Source of the DNA: Thermoanaerobaculum sp.
GTDB taxonomy: Bacteria > Acidobacteriota > Thermoanaerobaculia > Multivoradales > UBA5704
NCBI GenBank assembly: GCA_021154885.1
Contig: JAJKHS010000091.1
Span: 9,089 to 73,088, forward strand
DNA: 64,000 nucleotides
Reading direction: 5' to 3'
In this document: positions 49,436 to 59,000 of the stretch, in pieces
Position numbering within the stretch: position 1 is the first letter of the stretch
Layout of the letters: each line of letters opens with the position of its first letter
Notes under the pieces: model-generated
The model's database searches: none
Told to the model about the DNA's origin: nothing
What the model saw: only the letters and a program-made list of their open reading frames with translations
Translations under genes and position numbers: made by a program

Positions 49436-50067
49436 TCCATCCCACGGCGTTCGTCCACCCCACGGCGATCATCGAGGAAGAGGTGGAGATCGGCGCCGGC
49501 TGTGCGATCTGGGATCACGTCCACGTCCGGCGCGGCGCCCGACTCGGCGAGGAGTGCCTCGTCGGCGAGAAGACCTACATCGCCTACGGCGTGCGAATCG
49601 GCCATCGCGTGAAAATCAACGCCATGGTCTACGTCTGCGCCGCGGTGACGATCGAGGACGGCGTGATGATCAGCGCCGGCACCGTGTTCACCAATGATCG
49701 TTTCCCGCGGGCGACGACGCCGGACCTGCGGCACCTGCGCCCCTCCGGGCCGGACGAGCACACCCTCCCCACCCTGGTGCGCGAGGGGGCGACGATCGGC
49801 GCCGGCTGCACCGTCGGCAACGACCTCGCCATCGGCCGTTTCGCCATGATCGGCATGGGCTCGGTGGTGACGAAGCCCATCCCCGACTTCCACCTCGCGC
49901 TCGGTCATCCGGCCCGCCTCGCCGGCTGCGTCTGCCGCTGCGGCCAGCTCCTCTTCCGCTTCAACGCGCGCGACGCTGATCGCTTCCGGCAGGCGACCTG
50001 CGGGGTGTGCGGCCGGTGCTACGCGGCGAAACGGGGGGAGGTACGGGAGGGATGGCCCCCGGATTGA
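49432..50067 (+). CDS. Hexapeptide-repeat sugar N-acetyltransferase (WbpD/FdtC-like)
   Basis: IHPTA repeats, VFTND.FPR, GATIGA, GHPA, C-terminal CxC..CxxC. Confidence 0.88.
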   Translation: MIHPTAFVHPTAIIEEEVEIGAGCAIWDHVHVRRGARLGEECLVGEKTYIAYGVRIGHRVKINAMVYVCAAVTIEDGVMISAGTVFTNDRFPRATTPDLRHLRPSGPDEHTLPTLVREGATIGAGCTVGNDLAIGRFAMIGMGSVVTKPIPDFHLALGHPARLAGCVCRCGQLLFRFNARDADRFRQATCGVCGRCYAAKRGEVREGWPPD

Positions 50068-51380
50068 CTGGATCGACTGGAACGGGCCGGCGCTGGGCTG
50101 TGGTCGGCGGCGGCATCCTGGGGATGACGCTCGCCCATCGCCTCGCCCGGGCCGGGCACGACGTCACCCTGTTCGAGGCGGCGGAGCAGCTCGGCGGCCT
50201 CGCCGCGGCCTGGAGCCTGAACGGCGTGGTGTGGGACCGCCATTACCACGTCACCCTGCTGTCGGACTCCCACCTGCGCGCGCTGTGGGCCGAGCTCGGC
50301 CTCGCGGACGAGCTGCGCTGGGCTGAGACGCGCACCGGCTTCTACTCCGGCGGCCAGTTCCACTCGATGTCGAACGCCCTGGAGTTCCTCCGCTTTCCTC
50401 CCCTGCGCCTGGTGGACAAGGCGCGGCTCGCGGCGACGATCCTCCACGCCTCGCGTATCCGCGACCCCTTGCCGCTGGAGGCGGTGACGGTGAGCGACTG
50501 GCTGCGGCGCTGGTCGGGCGAGCGGACGTTCCAGACGATCTGGCTGCCGCTGCTCGAAGCCAAGCTCGGGCGGCACTGGCAGCGGACCTCCGCCGCCTTC
50601 CTCTGGGCCACCATCGCCCGCCTGTACGCCGCCCGCCGGACGGGCCTCAAGAAGGAGATGTTTGGCTACGTCGCCGGCGGCTACGCCCGCGTCCTCGGCC
50701 GCTTCGCCGCGGTGCTGGCGGAGGAAGGAGTGGCGATCCGGGCCGGCCACGCCGCGGCGCGGATCGCTCCGGACTCCAACGGGATACGGGTCGAGTTTCG
50801 CAACGGCCACGGCGAGACCTTCGATCGCGTCGTGGCGACTGTGCCCGCGCCGGTGGCGGCGGATCTCTGCCAGGGGCTCACGGCCGAGGAGACGGCGCGG
50901 CTGCGGGGCGTGCAGTACCTTGGCATTATCTGCGCCTCCCTCCTCCTGCGCCGGCCGCTGGCCGGGTTCTACGTCACCAACGTCACCGATCCGGGTTATC
51001 CCTTCACGGCGGTGGTCGAGACGTCCACCCTGGTCGACCGCGCGCAATTCGGGGGACACGCCCTGGTCTACCTGCCGAAGTACGTGGATCCGGAGGACCC
51101 AGCCTTCGCCCTCTCGGACGGCGAGATCCGGGAGGCCTTCCTCGCCGGCCTGGAGCGGATGGTCCCCGGCTTCGATGGTGGCGACGTCCTCGCCTTCCGC
51201 GTCTCGCGCGTCCGCCACGTCTTCGCCCTGCCGACGCTCCACTACTCGCGGACGCTGCCGCCGATGACCACCTCCATCCCCGGGCTCCATCTCGTCAACG
51301 CGGCCCACATCGTCCACGGCACGCTGAACGTCGACGAGACGATCCAGCTCGCGAACCGGGCGGCGGCGGCGCTGCGTTGA
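50052..51380 (+). CDS. FAD-dependent oxidoreductase (protoporphyrinogen-oxidase-like, glycosylation-cluster type)
   Basis: GGGILG, FEA..LGGL, DRHYH. Confidence 0.8.
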   Translation: MAPGLTGSTGTGRRWAVVGGGILGMTLAHRLARAGHDVTLFEAAEQLGGLAAAWSLNGVVWDRHYHVTLLSDSHLRALWAELGLADELRWAETRTGFYSGGQFHSMSNALEFLRFPPLRLVDKARLAATILHASRIRDPLPLEAVTVSDWLRRWSGERTFQTIWLPLLEAKLGRHWQRTSAAFLWATIARLYAARRTGLKKEMFGYVAGGYARVLGRFAAVLAEEGVAIRAGHAAARIAPDSNGIRVEFRNGHGETFDRVVATVPAPVAADLCQGLTAEETARLRGVQYLGIICASLLLRRPLAGFYVTNVTDPGYPFTAVVETSTLVDRAQFGGHALVYLPKYVDPEDPAFALSDGEIREAFLAGLERMVPGFDGGDVLAFRVSRVRHVFALPTLHYSRTLPPMTTSIPGLHLVNAAHIVHGTLNVDETIQLANRAAAALR

Positions 51381-53020
51381 AAAAGAAACCTTTTCTTCTG
51401 CTCGCTGGCGCGCTCCTCGCGATCGTGATCGCGCAAGGTTTGGCCTGGCAATCCGGCGAGCCGTTCTACAACAACGACGAGACCCGCCACGTGATGACGG
51501 GGGTGTTCGTCCACGATCTCCTCGTCGACCATCCTTTCTCACGCCTCAGGGACTACACCGTCGACTATTACCTCCAGTATCCGGCGCTCGGCCTGATCGT
51601 CTGGCCCCCTCTGTTCTACGGTTTTGAAGGGGTCCTCATGCTCGTCCTCGGCACCTCGTTCGCGGTGACGAAGGCCCTCGCCGGCCTCTTCTCCGCCCTC
51701 GCCTGCGTCTACCTCTTCCTGCTCGTCCGCCGCACCCATGGCGAGGTCGCCGCCGCGGTGGTGACGCTGCTCTTCGGCCTGTCGCCGCTGGTCTTCCTGC
51801 TGAGCCACCACGTGATGCTGGAGATGCCCGCCCTGGCCTTCGCGCTGGCGGCGATTTATCACTTCGTCCGCTATCTCGACGATCTCGACGGCGGGAAGCG
51901 CCTGGACGTCTTCATCGCCGCGGCCGCCGCGGCCGGCTTTGCCCTGACGCGCTACGACGCCTTCGTCCTCGTCCTCTTCTTCCTCCTCTCGCTGCTCGCC
52001 CTGCGGCGCTTCGACGTGCTGCGCCGGCGCGAGGTCTGGCTGGCGGCGCTGCTCGCCCTGGCGATCGTGCTGCCCGTCTACGTGCCGATGCTGGCCCAGT
52101 TCGGCCGCACCCACGTCCTGGTGACGGTCGAGGGCGGAGCCCATCCGGCCCCGGGCCTCGGCCTCTTCGGCGCCCTCGCCTTCTATCCCCGCGCCCTCCC
52201 CGGACAGATCGGGTGGCTCACCCTCGTGCCGGCGCTCGCCGGCCTCCTCTCGGCGCTGCGGCCGGCGCGGCGCCAAGCCTGCTGGCCCTACCTCACGCTG
52301 GCGGCGGCCACCTGGCTCGCCTTCACCCCGCTGGCGGAGCGCATGCCGCGCCACACGATCTACTGGGTCCCCGCCTTCGCCCTGTTTGCCTGGGAAGGGA
52401 TCGACTGGATCGCGAGCCGGCTGAAGCTGCCGCAGGGGCGGGCGGTCCTCGCCTCGATCGTCGCCTCGATCGTCATCGGCGGCGCCTTCTGGCTGGCCGC
52501 GACGAGCCGCATGCTCTACGTCCGGGGCTACGAGGAGGCGGCGCGCTACGTGGTGGCCAACACCCGGGCCTCGCGCTACTCCTTCGTCGACGGCTTCCTC
52601 AACGGCGACTTCATCTATCAGGTCCGCCGCCACGACCCCCGCCGCCGCCTCTGGGTGCTGAGGGGGGACAAGCTCCTCTATGGCGTAATCAACGATCCCA
52701 GCGGCGGCTACGAAGAATTCGCGGGTGGCGAGAACCAGATCCTCGCCGCCCTGTTCCGCTACGACCCGGAGTACCTGGTGGTCGAAGAGCCGCAGGTGCT
52801 CTTCAAGATACCCATGGCGGAGCGGCTGCGCCAGACCCTCGCCGAGCATCCCGAGCGCTTCGAGCGGGTGAAGAGCCTTCCAATCGAGAGCAACGTCCCC
52901 GCCTTCCGCGGGGTGCGGCTGGACGTCTACCGCAGCCGGCTCCGCAACCCGAGCCCTGAGCGCCGGCTCTCTCTGGACATGATGGGCCTCGGGCGGTCGC
53001 TGGGGACGGAGGTGCGGTAG
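51377..53020 (+). CDS. GT-C (ArnT/PMT, GT39-like) membrane glycosyltransferase
   Basis: Polytopic TM protein with DE motif (NDETRH) and WPPLF; TTG start overlapping the upstream stop. Confidence 0.8.
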   Translation: MKKKPFLLLAGALLAIVIAQGLAWQSGEPFYNNDETRHVMTGVFVHDLLVDHPFSRLRDYTVDYYLQYPALGLIVWPPLFYGFEGVLMLVLGTSFAVTKALAGLFSALACVYLFLLVRRTHGEVAAAVVTLLFGLSPLVFLLSHHVMLEMPALAFALAAIYHFVRYLDDLDGGKRLDVFIAAAAAAGFALTRYDAFVLVLFFLLSLLALRRFDVLRRREVWLAALLALAIVLPVYVPMLAQFGRTHVLVTVEGGAHPAPGLGLFGALAFYPRALPGQIGWLTLVPALAGLLSALRPARRQACWPYLTLAAATWLAFTPLAERMPRHTIYWVPAFALFAWEGIDWIASRLKLPQGRAVLASIVASIVIGGAFWLAATSRMLYVRGYEEAARYVVANTRASRYSFVDGFLNGDFIYQVRRHDPRRRLWVLRGDKLLYGVINDPSGGYEEFAGGENQILAALFRYDPEYLVVEEPQVLFKIPMAERLRQTLAEHPERFERVKSLPIESNVPAFRGVRLDVYRSRLRNPSPERRLSLDMMGLGRSLGTEVR

Positions 53021-53037
53021 GAGATGCGCGCAAGCGT

Positions 53038-53470
53038 CGCAACCACCAAGCCACGAGACGCCAATACCACGACACAAGCCGCACATACCAGGACAGCAGC
53101 CGCGAATACCAGCACATCAATCTCTCCGATTCCGACGTCAGCCGCAAATACCGAGATGGCAGCCGCAACTACCGAACTGTGAGACACCGACGCCACGGCA
53201 GCCTCACTCGCTCCACTTTCCTGAGCCGCAACTGTCCGAGCAGGAGCCGCGACTGTCTTCCTGTTTGCTGCAAATATTCGAGCAGCGCCCTCCGCTGCCG
53301 TGCCAGCGGTCACCGCGGCTCAGGCAGTTGCGGCAGCTTTCATGGAGTGGAGCGTCGCCTGGCAGGTAAGTTGCGGCACACGAACCGGCAAAGATCTCCG
53401 CTTGGGTTGCAAGCTGCGGCTGCTGGCTGGTAAGTTGCGGCTCCTGTCTTGAAGCTTGCAACCGACGCCG
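53038..53470. repeat. Degenerate 21-nt-period tandem array with an inverted second half
   Basis: Units such as GCCGCAAATACC and GCCGCAACTACC every 21 nt; GGTAAGTTGCGGC copies in reverse orientation on the right. Confidence 0.6.
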
Positions 53471-53498
53471 TCGGAGAGACGGCTCGTCTGCAGGAAGC

Positions 53499-54455
53499 TC
53501 AGCCGGCGGCACGCTCCGCCAGCTCGCCGCTCTCCAGTCTCGCGGCGTGCTCTCCCAGGGGTATCACCTCGAACCCCCGGCAGAGGGCGGCGAGGTGCTC
53601 GCTCACCCGCGCGAGCTTCCAGGCGCCGGGCCGGCGCATGGCGGGAAAGAAGGCGAGCGCCTCCGTGTCGTCGCCGCCCAGGAAGTCGAGCGGGTGGAGG
53701 AGGATCGACGGCTGCACTGCGGTCAGACGGCAGAGCCGCAGGGCCGTGTTGAAGTAGAGCCTTCCCAGCGACGGCGAGACAAGGTCCAGATAGAGCACGT
53801 AGCTGAGGTGGATCGGCGTGCGCAGGAGCGGCATCGTGGTGACCGGGATCTCGAGCAACCGCCGCTCCCCCACCCGCCAGCGGTAGGGCCGGATGGGCCG
53901 CAGTCCCTCGCCGAAGGTGCCGAAAAGGGCGCTGCGCTGTCGCCGCTGCTCCGCCGTGAGCCCGGCCGTCCGGAAGTAGTAGGCCCGCGCCAGCGGTCCC
54001 AGGAAGGTCGGCAGAGTGCTCGCGTCGTAGCGGTATCCCCGCCGCGCGAGCACGGCGAGCGTCGCCGGAGACAGGCTGAACCCCGGGCCGCGAAACCCCG
54101 CCGGCCGCTGCCCCGTGGCCTGCACGATCGCCTCCTCCGCCCGTGCCAGCTCCTCCTCCAGCTCCGCCTCGGAGTACAGGTGGAGCCACGACTCATGCCG
54201 GAACGAGTGGTTGCCGATCTCGTGCCCCGCCGCCGCGATCGACGCCAGGGCTGCGCGGTTTTCCTCCCGGGCCGCGTCCTGCCCCACGACGAAGAAGGTG
54301 ATCCGCAGCCGCCGCTCGGCCAGGAAAGCCAGGATGCGCGGCACCGCCACGTCCAGGTAGGAAGGGAACGCCTCCCACCCGGCGTCGCCATGGATCTTGA
54401 GATAGGACCAGAGGTTGTCGAGGTCCAGGGAGAGGCTGGCGAGGGGTGGCGTCAT
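53499..54455 (-). CDS. Polysaccharide deacetylase (CE4/NodB-like)
   Basis: SLDLDN, TFFVVG, HEIGNHSFRH, GFRGPGF, YDAS, LLHPLD. Confidence 0.85.
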   Translation of the reverse strand: MTPPLASLSLDLDNLWSYLKIHGDAGWEAFPSYLDVAVPRILAFLAERRLRITFFVVGQDAAREENRAALASIAAAGHEIGNHSFRHESWLHLYSEAELEEELARAEEAIVQATGQRPAGFRGPGFSLSPATLAVLARRGYRYDASTLPTFLGPLARAYYFRTAGLTAEQRRQRSALFGTFGEGLRPIRPYRWRVGERRLLEIPVTTMPLLRTPIHLSYVLYLDLVSPSLGRLYFNTALRLCRLTAVQPSILLHPLDFLGGDDTEALAFFPAMRRPGAWKLARVSEHLAALCRGFEVIPLGEHAARLESGELAERAAG

Positions 54456-54500
54456 GGCGGACGAAAGTGTAGCTTCAGACGGTGCTACGATCGACCACCC

Positions 54501-56198
54501 ATGCCCCGTCTGCGCCTTGCCCTCGCGAGCGGCGATGACCGCGAGGCCATCTACCGGCTGCGCCACGCCGTCTACGCCGCCGAGTTGGGGCAGCACTCGA
54601 CCAACCCGGAGGGGCGGCTGCGCGACGGCCTCGACGATTGCAACGAGTACGTCGTCGCCACCGAGGGCGGCGAGCTCGCCGGCTTCGTCAGCCTCACGCC
54701 CCCCGGCGGGGCCAGCTACTCCATCGACAAGTATTTCGCCCGGGAGGACGTCCCCGTCGCCTTCGACGACGGGCTCTGGGAAGTGCGTCTGCTGACCGTC
54801 CCGCCAGGGCGCCGCGGCCGCGCCCTGGCCTTCCTTCTCATGTACGCCGCCTTCCGTCGTGTCGAGTCCCGGGGCGGCGCCCGGATCGTCGCCATCGGGC
54901 GCCGCGAGCTGCTCGGCTTCTACCGCAAGGCCGGCCTGCGGCCCCTCGGACCGCGGGCGCAGGCCGGGCGGGTGACCTACGAGCTGATGACCGCCACCCT
55001 CGCCGGCCTGCGGACGGCCGCGGTCCGCTTCGAGCCGCTGCTCCACAGGCTCCGCCGCACCCTGGACTGGGAGCTGGACGTCCCCTTCCAGGAGGAGGCC
55101 TGCTTCCACGGCGGCGCCTTCTTCACCGCGATCGGCGAGACGTTCGAGACGCTGGAGCGCCGGGACCACGTGGTCAACGCCGACGTGCTCGACGCCTGGT
55201 TCCCCCCGGCCCCGGGCGCCCTGCGCACCCTCGCCGACCACCTCCCCTGGCTCCTCCGGACGTCGCCGCCCACGGACGGGCGGGGCCTCATCCAGGTCAT
55301 CGCCGAGGTCCGCGGCGTGCCAGCCGGCTCCCTGGCCCTCGGCGCCGGCTCGTCGAGCCTCATCTTCCTGGCCTTCCGCCAATGGCTGACGCCCGCCTCG
55401 CGCGTCCTCCTGCCGGACCCGACATATGGCGAGTACGCCCACGTCCTCGAACGGGTCGTCGGCTGCCGCACGGATCGTCTCCGCCTGGCGCGCGCCGGCG
55501 GCTATCGCCTCGATCCGGAGGAGCTGCTGTCGCGCCTGCGACGGCGGCGCTACGACCTCGTGGTGCTGGTGAACCCCAACAATCCGACGGGCCAGCTCCT
55601 GCCGCAAGCCGGCGTCGCCTCGCTGCTGGCCGCCGTGCCCGCTCACACCCGCGTCTGGATCGACGAGGCGTACATCGACTACGCGGGGAGCGAGGAGTCC
55701 GTCGAGCGCCTCGCCGCGGCGAGCGGCAATGTGGTCGTCTGCAAGTCGCTGTCGAAGGTGTACTCCCTGAGCGGCGCCCGGGCGGCCTATCTCTGCGGTC
55801 CGCCCGCCCTGGCGCGGGAGCTGCGGTCGCTCACCCCTCCCTGGGCGGTGAGCCTGCCGGCGCAGGTGGCGGCGGTGGCCGCCCTGCGGGACCCGGCCTA
55901 TTACGCCGGGCGCTACCGGCAGACGGCGGAGCTCCGGCAGGATCTGGTCGCGAGCCTGCGGGAAGTCCTGCCCGGAGCGGAGATCCTGGCGGGAGTGGCG
56001 AACTACGTCCTCTGTCTCCTCCCCCGGCGAGGACCGGACGCGGCGACGGTGTGCGAACGCTGCCGCGGCCGTGGTGTCTTCCTGCGCGACAGCGGGGCGA
56101 CCAGCGCCGTCCTCGGCCGCCATGCCCTGCGGGTGGCGGTCAAGGACGAAGTCACCAACCGGCGCGTCGTGGAGACGCTGGCCTGGGCCTGGGCGTGA
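54501..56198 (+). CDS. GNAT acyltransferase fused to a class I/II PLP aminotransferase (HisC/CobD-like)
   Basis: IYRLRH.VYA.ELG N-terminal GNAT; HGG, NPNNPTG, DEAY, SLSK...GAR. Confidence 0.82.
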   Translation: MPRLRLALASGDDREAIYRLRHAVYAAELGQHSTNPEGRLRDGLDDCNEYVVATEGGELAGFVSLTPPGGASYSIDKYFAREDVPVAFDDGLWEVRLLTVPPGRRGRALAFLLMYAAFRRVESRGGARIVAIGRRELLGFYRKAGLRPLGPRAQAGRVTYELMTATLAGLRTAAVRFEPLLHRLRRTLDWELDVPFQEEACFHGGAFFTAIGETFETLERRDHVVNADVLDAWFPPAPGALRTLADHLPWLLRTSPPTDGRGLIQVIAEVRGVPAGSLALGAGSSSLIFLAFRQWLTPASRVLLPDPTYGEYAHVLERVVGCRTDRLRLARAGGYRLDPEELLSRLRRRRYDLVVLVNPNNPTGQLLPQAGVASLLAAVPAHTRVWIDEAYIDYAGSEESVERLAAASGNVVVCKSLSKVYSLSGARAAYLCGPPALARELRSLTPPWAVSLPAQVAAVAALRDPAYYAGRYRQTAELRQDLVASLREVLPGAEILAGVANYVLCLLPRRGPDAATVCERCRGRGVFLRDSGATSAVLGRHALRVAVKDEVTNRRVVETLAWAWA

Positions 56199-56204
56199 GG
56201 AGCG

Positions 56205-57059
56205 TCACCGCCCCGACGAGAAGGTGTCGCAGCGGCCCATGTCTCCCGAGTCGAAGCCGGTGCGGAACCAGCGGGCGCGCTGCTCGGAGGAGCCGTGAGT
56301 CCAGGTCTCGGGGTGCACCTGGCCCGTGGCCTGCTTCTGAATCCGGTCGTCGCCCACGGCAGCGGCGGCGCGCAGGCCGTCGTCGAGATCCCCCGGATCC
56401 AGAATGTTGCGCTGCTTGGCCGTGTAGCCCCAGACGCCCGCCAGGCAGTCGGCCTGAAGCTCCAGCTTCACCGACAGCGCTTTGGCGCTGCGGGGATTCT
56501 GCTGCTGGGCGCGTTCGACCTGGTCGCTGATCCCCAGCAGCTTCTGCACGTGGTGGCCGAGCTCATGGGCGACCACGTAGGCCTCCGCGAACTCGCCCGG
56601 CGCGCCGAAGCGATCCCTCAGCTCGCGGTAGAAGCCGAGGTCGATGTAGACCTTCTCGTCGGCCGGGCAGTAGAACGGCCCCATGGCGGTCTCGGCGAAG
56701 CCGCAGCCGGAGCGCACGGTGTCGGTGAAGAGGTGGAGCTTGGCGTGCCGGTAGGTCTTCCCCGAGCTCGCGAAGAGCTGGGTCCACGTCTTCTGGTCGT
56801 CGTCGAGGACGAAGGAGACGAACTGCACGAGCTTGTCCTCCTCGGGCGAGGAGGCCCGCGGCGCGGTCTGGGCCGGCGGGCCGCCCGGCGCGCCTCCTCC
56901 ACCGACCAGCGCGAAGAAGTCCTTCTTGAAGATGAAGCTCAGCAGGAGCAGCACGAGGAAGCCGCCGATCCCCAGCTTCGGGAGGGGGCCCCCACCGCCG
57001 CCTGAGCTCCCCCGATCGTCCTCCAGATCGGCGCTGGGTCCACCTGGCGTCCATCGCAT
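56205..57059 (-). CDS. Neutral zinc metallopeptidase (YpfJ family)
   Basis: GPFYCPAD, AHELGHHVQ, ELQADC, GDD, THGS. Confidence 0.9.
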   Translation of the reverse strand: MRWTPGGPSADLEDDRGSSGGGGGPLPKLGIGGFLVLLLLSFIFKKDFFALVGGGGAPGGPPAQTAPRASSPEEDKLVQFVSFVLDDDQKTWTQLFASSGKTYRHAKLHLFTDTVRSGCGFAETAMGPFYCPADEKVYIDLGFYRELRDRFGAPGEFAEAYVVAHELGHHVQKLLGISDQVERAQQQNPRSAKALSVKLELQADCLAGVWGYTAKQRNILDPGDLDDGLRAAAAVGDDRIQKQATGQVHPETWTHGSSEQRARWFRTGFDSGDMGRCDTFSSGR

Positions 57060-57232
57060 GCGAGCCCCCTTTCCCGGTTGGAGAGATCCTATCAGGGAGA
57101 TGACGGCCTCTCCCGGGAGACGCCTCTCTGCACACCTCGTGCCTCGCCTTGGCGATTCGAGATCGGGATCGCATTGCCCAAGGACACGCACCCTTCTTTT
57201 TGTGGATGGACCCTTCAACCCAAGGAGAAACG

Positions 57233-57526
57233 ATGCGCAAGACTCTCATGGCAGCAGCTCTGGCGATCCCGATGGCGTTCATGGCGGTCTCGACGTTCGC
57301 GGCGATCCCGGCCGAGCAACCGCAGTCCTTCACCCCGGCCCATATCGCGACGGACCAGGTGTCCCAGTACCTTGCGGACGAGATCTTCCTCCCCGCCCCT
57401 GGCGCTGCGTCGGCGCCGGTCTTTGCGATCACCCGGGGGGTCTGCAATATCACCTGCGAGGAATGCTACGGCTCGTGTCCGCCGGTCGGTAACCTGAGGC
57501 AGACCTGCACCTTCGCCTGCAACTGA
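57233..57526 (+). CDS. Secreted prepro-peptide with a 6-Cys C-terminal core, 97 aa
   Basis: AAGGAG RBS; signal ..TFA; Pro/Ala spacer; CNITCEECYGSCPPVGNLRQTCTFACN. Confidence 0.7.
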   Translation: MRKTLMAAALAIPMAFMAVSTFAAIPAEQPQSFTPAHIATDQVSQYLADEIFLPAPGAASAPVFAITRGVCNITCEECYGSCPPVGNLRQTCTFACN

Positions 57527-57597
57527 ATCGATTGCATCCGGGGGACGCCGCGGCTGCCGGCATCCCCCGTCCGCCTCCGATCGGCTAGACTCCACGA

Positions 57598-58698
57598 ATG
57601 CTCCCGACCGCCGCCGCTGCCGCGATGCCCTGGGACCGCCGCGCCCCGGAGCGGGAAGGCCCGCCCTCCGCCTGGTCCTTGCTGCCCGAGGACCTCGCGG
57701 CCCGCGGCTGCCCCGGCCGGCCGGAGCACGTGTTCGCCCGGCTTCAGCGCGTCCGCACCTGGCAGCCGGACCGCCTCTTCGTCGCGCGGGAGATCCGCGC
57801 CTGGCTCGCGGATCACACCGATCAGTCCTTGCCGGCGATCCTCGAACGCCACCCCTCGTACGACGGCTCCACCAAGCTGGTGCTCGGGCTGGCGGACGGC
57901 CAGCGGATCGAGGCCGTCCACATGCCCCGCCACGAGGCGGACCATCGCGTCACCTACTGCGTGTCGAGCCAGGTGGGGTGCGCCCTGGGTTGCACCTTCT
58001 GCGCCACGGGGGCCATGGGGATCGTGCGCAACCTGACGGCGGGCGAGATCGTAGGGCAGGTCCTGGCGCTGATGCGCGACCTCGGGCCGCGGTGCGGCGA
58101 GTCGGTCCACCTCGTCTTCATGGGCATGGGCGAGCCGCTCCACAACCTCGACCACGTGCACCGGGCGGTGACCGTCCTCTGCCATCCGGAGGGCGCCGGC
58201 CTCTCGCCCTGGCGCATCACGGTGAGCACCGCGGGCCTGGTCTCCGGCATCGAGCGGCTGGCGCGGATGGTGCCGCGGCCGCAGCTCGCCGTCTCGGTCA
58301 ACGCCACCACCGACGCGGCGCGCTCGGCCACCATGCCGGTCAACCGGGCCTGGAACCTCGCCCGTCTGCGCCAGGCGCTCGACGCCTGGGAGCTCAAGCG
58401 CCACGAGCGCTTCATCTTCGAGTACGTGCTCCTCGCCGGAGTCAACGACACGCTGGAAGATGCGGACCGCCTGGCGGATTGGCTGGGGGACCTGCGCCAT
58501 CGCCACAACGTCAATTTGATCCCGATGAACGAGCACCCCCACTCCCCCTTCCGCGGTCCCGGCGAGCAGCGCCTCCAGGCCTTCGCCGCCCGCCTCCACC
58601 AGCACGGCTGCTTCATCACCGTGCGCCGCAGCCGCAGCCGCGACGTGCAGGGAGCGTGCGGACAGTTGGTGAAACAGCGGGAGGCGGCGGTCGGGTAG
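57598..58698 (+). CDS. rlmN: RlmN/Cfr-family radical SAM RNA methyltransferase
   Basis: CVSSQVGCALGCTFCATG, MGMGEP, EYVLL.GVND, NLIP.N, ACGQL. Confidence 0.85.
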   Translation: MLPTAAAAAMPWDRRAPEREGPPSAWSLLPEDLAARGCPGRPEHVFARLQRVRTWQPDRLFVAREIRAWLADHTDQSLPAILERHPSYDGSTKLVLGLADGQRIEAVHMPRHEADHRVTYCVSSQVGCALGCTFCATGAMGIVRNLTAGEIVGQVLALMRDLGPRCGESVHLVFMGMGEPLHNLDHVHRAVTVLCHPEGAGLSPWRITVSTAGLVSGIERLARMVPRPQLAVSVNATTDAARSATMPVNRAWNLARLRQALDAWELKRHERFIFEYVLLAGVNDTLEDADRLADWLGDLRHRHNVNLIPMNEHPHSPFRGPGEQRLQAFAARLHQHGCFITVRRSRSRDVQGACGQLVKQREAAVG

Positions 58699-58756
58699 AT
58701 ATCGTCGGGTCACCTCTGCCGATTTCGTCGGGTCACCTCTGCCGGAGGGGTTCCTT

Positions 58757-58971
58757 TCAGGCCCGAAGGGCCGGCGGCATGTAGCCTGGGGCTGGCGCTT
58801 TTTGCCAGCCCCAGGAAACGCAACCCATACAAACCCAAAGCCCTGAAAGGGCGACGGCAGCTCATCATTTGAAGCAAACTGCCGCCGCCCCTCCGGGGCT
58901 TGGGGGTAATTTGGGGCTCTGTTCCTGGGGCTTGCGCCCCAGGCTACATGCCGCCGGCCCTTCGGGCCTGA
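58757..58971. repeat. Palindromic MITE/REP-like element with 35-bp perfect terminal inverted repeats
   Basis: TCAGGCCCGAAGGGCCGGCGGCATGTAGCCTGGGG and its exact reverse complement; internal hairpins. Confidence 0.8.
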
Positions 58972-59000
58972 TGACTCATGAGACACCCTCTGAGTCTCAT

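Noticed and set aside
53499..56198. 874-aa and 883-aa overlapping ORFs as single long proteins
   Set aside because: Each is a real shorter gene (starts 54455 and 54501) extended by the antisense shadow of the other
57598..58698. Radical SAM enzyme as maturase of the adjacent Cys-rich peptide
   Set aside because: It has all RlmN/Cfr motifs and no SPASM or RRE domain; the peptide has a Sec-type signal
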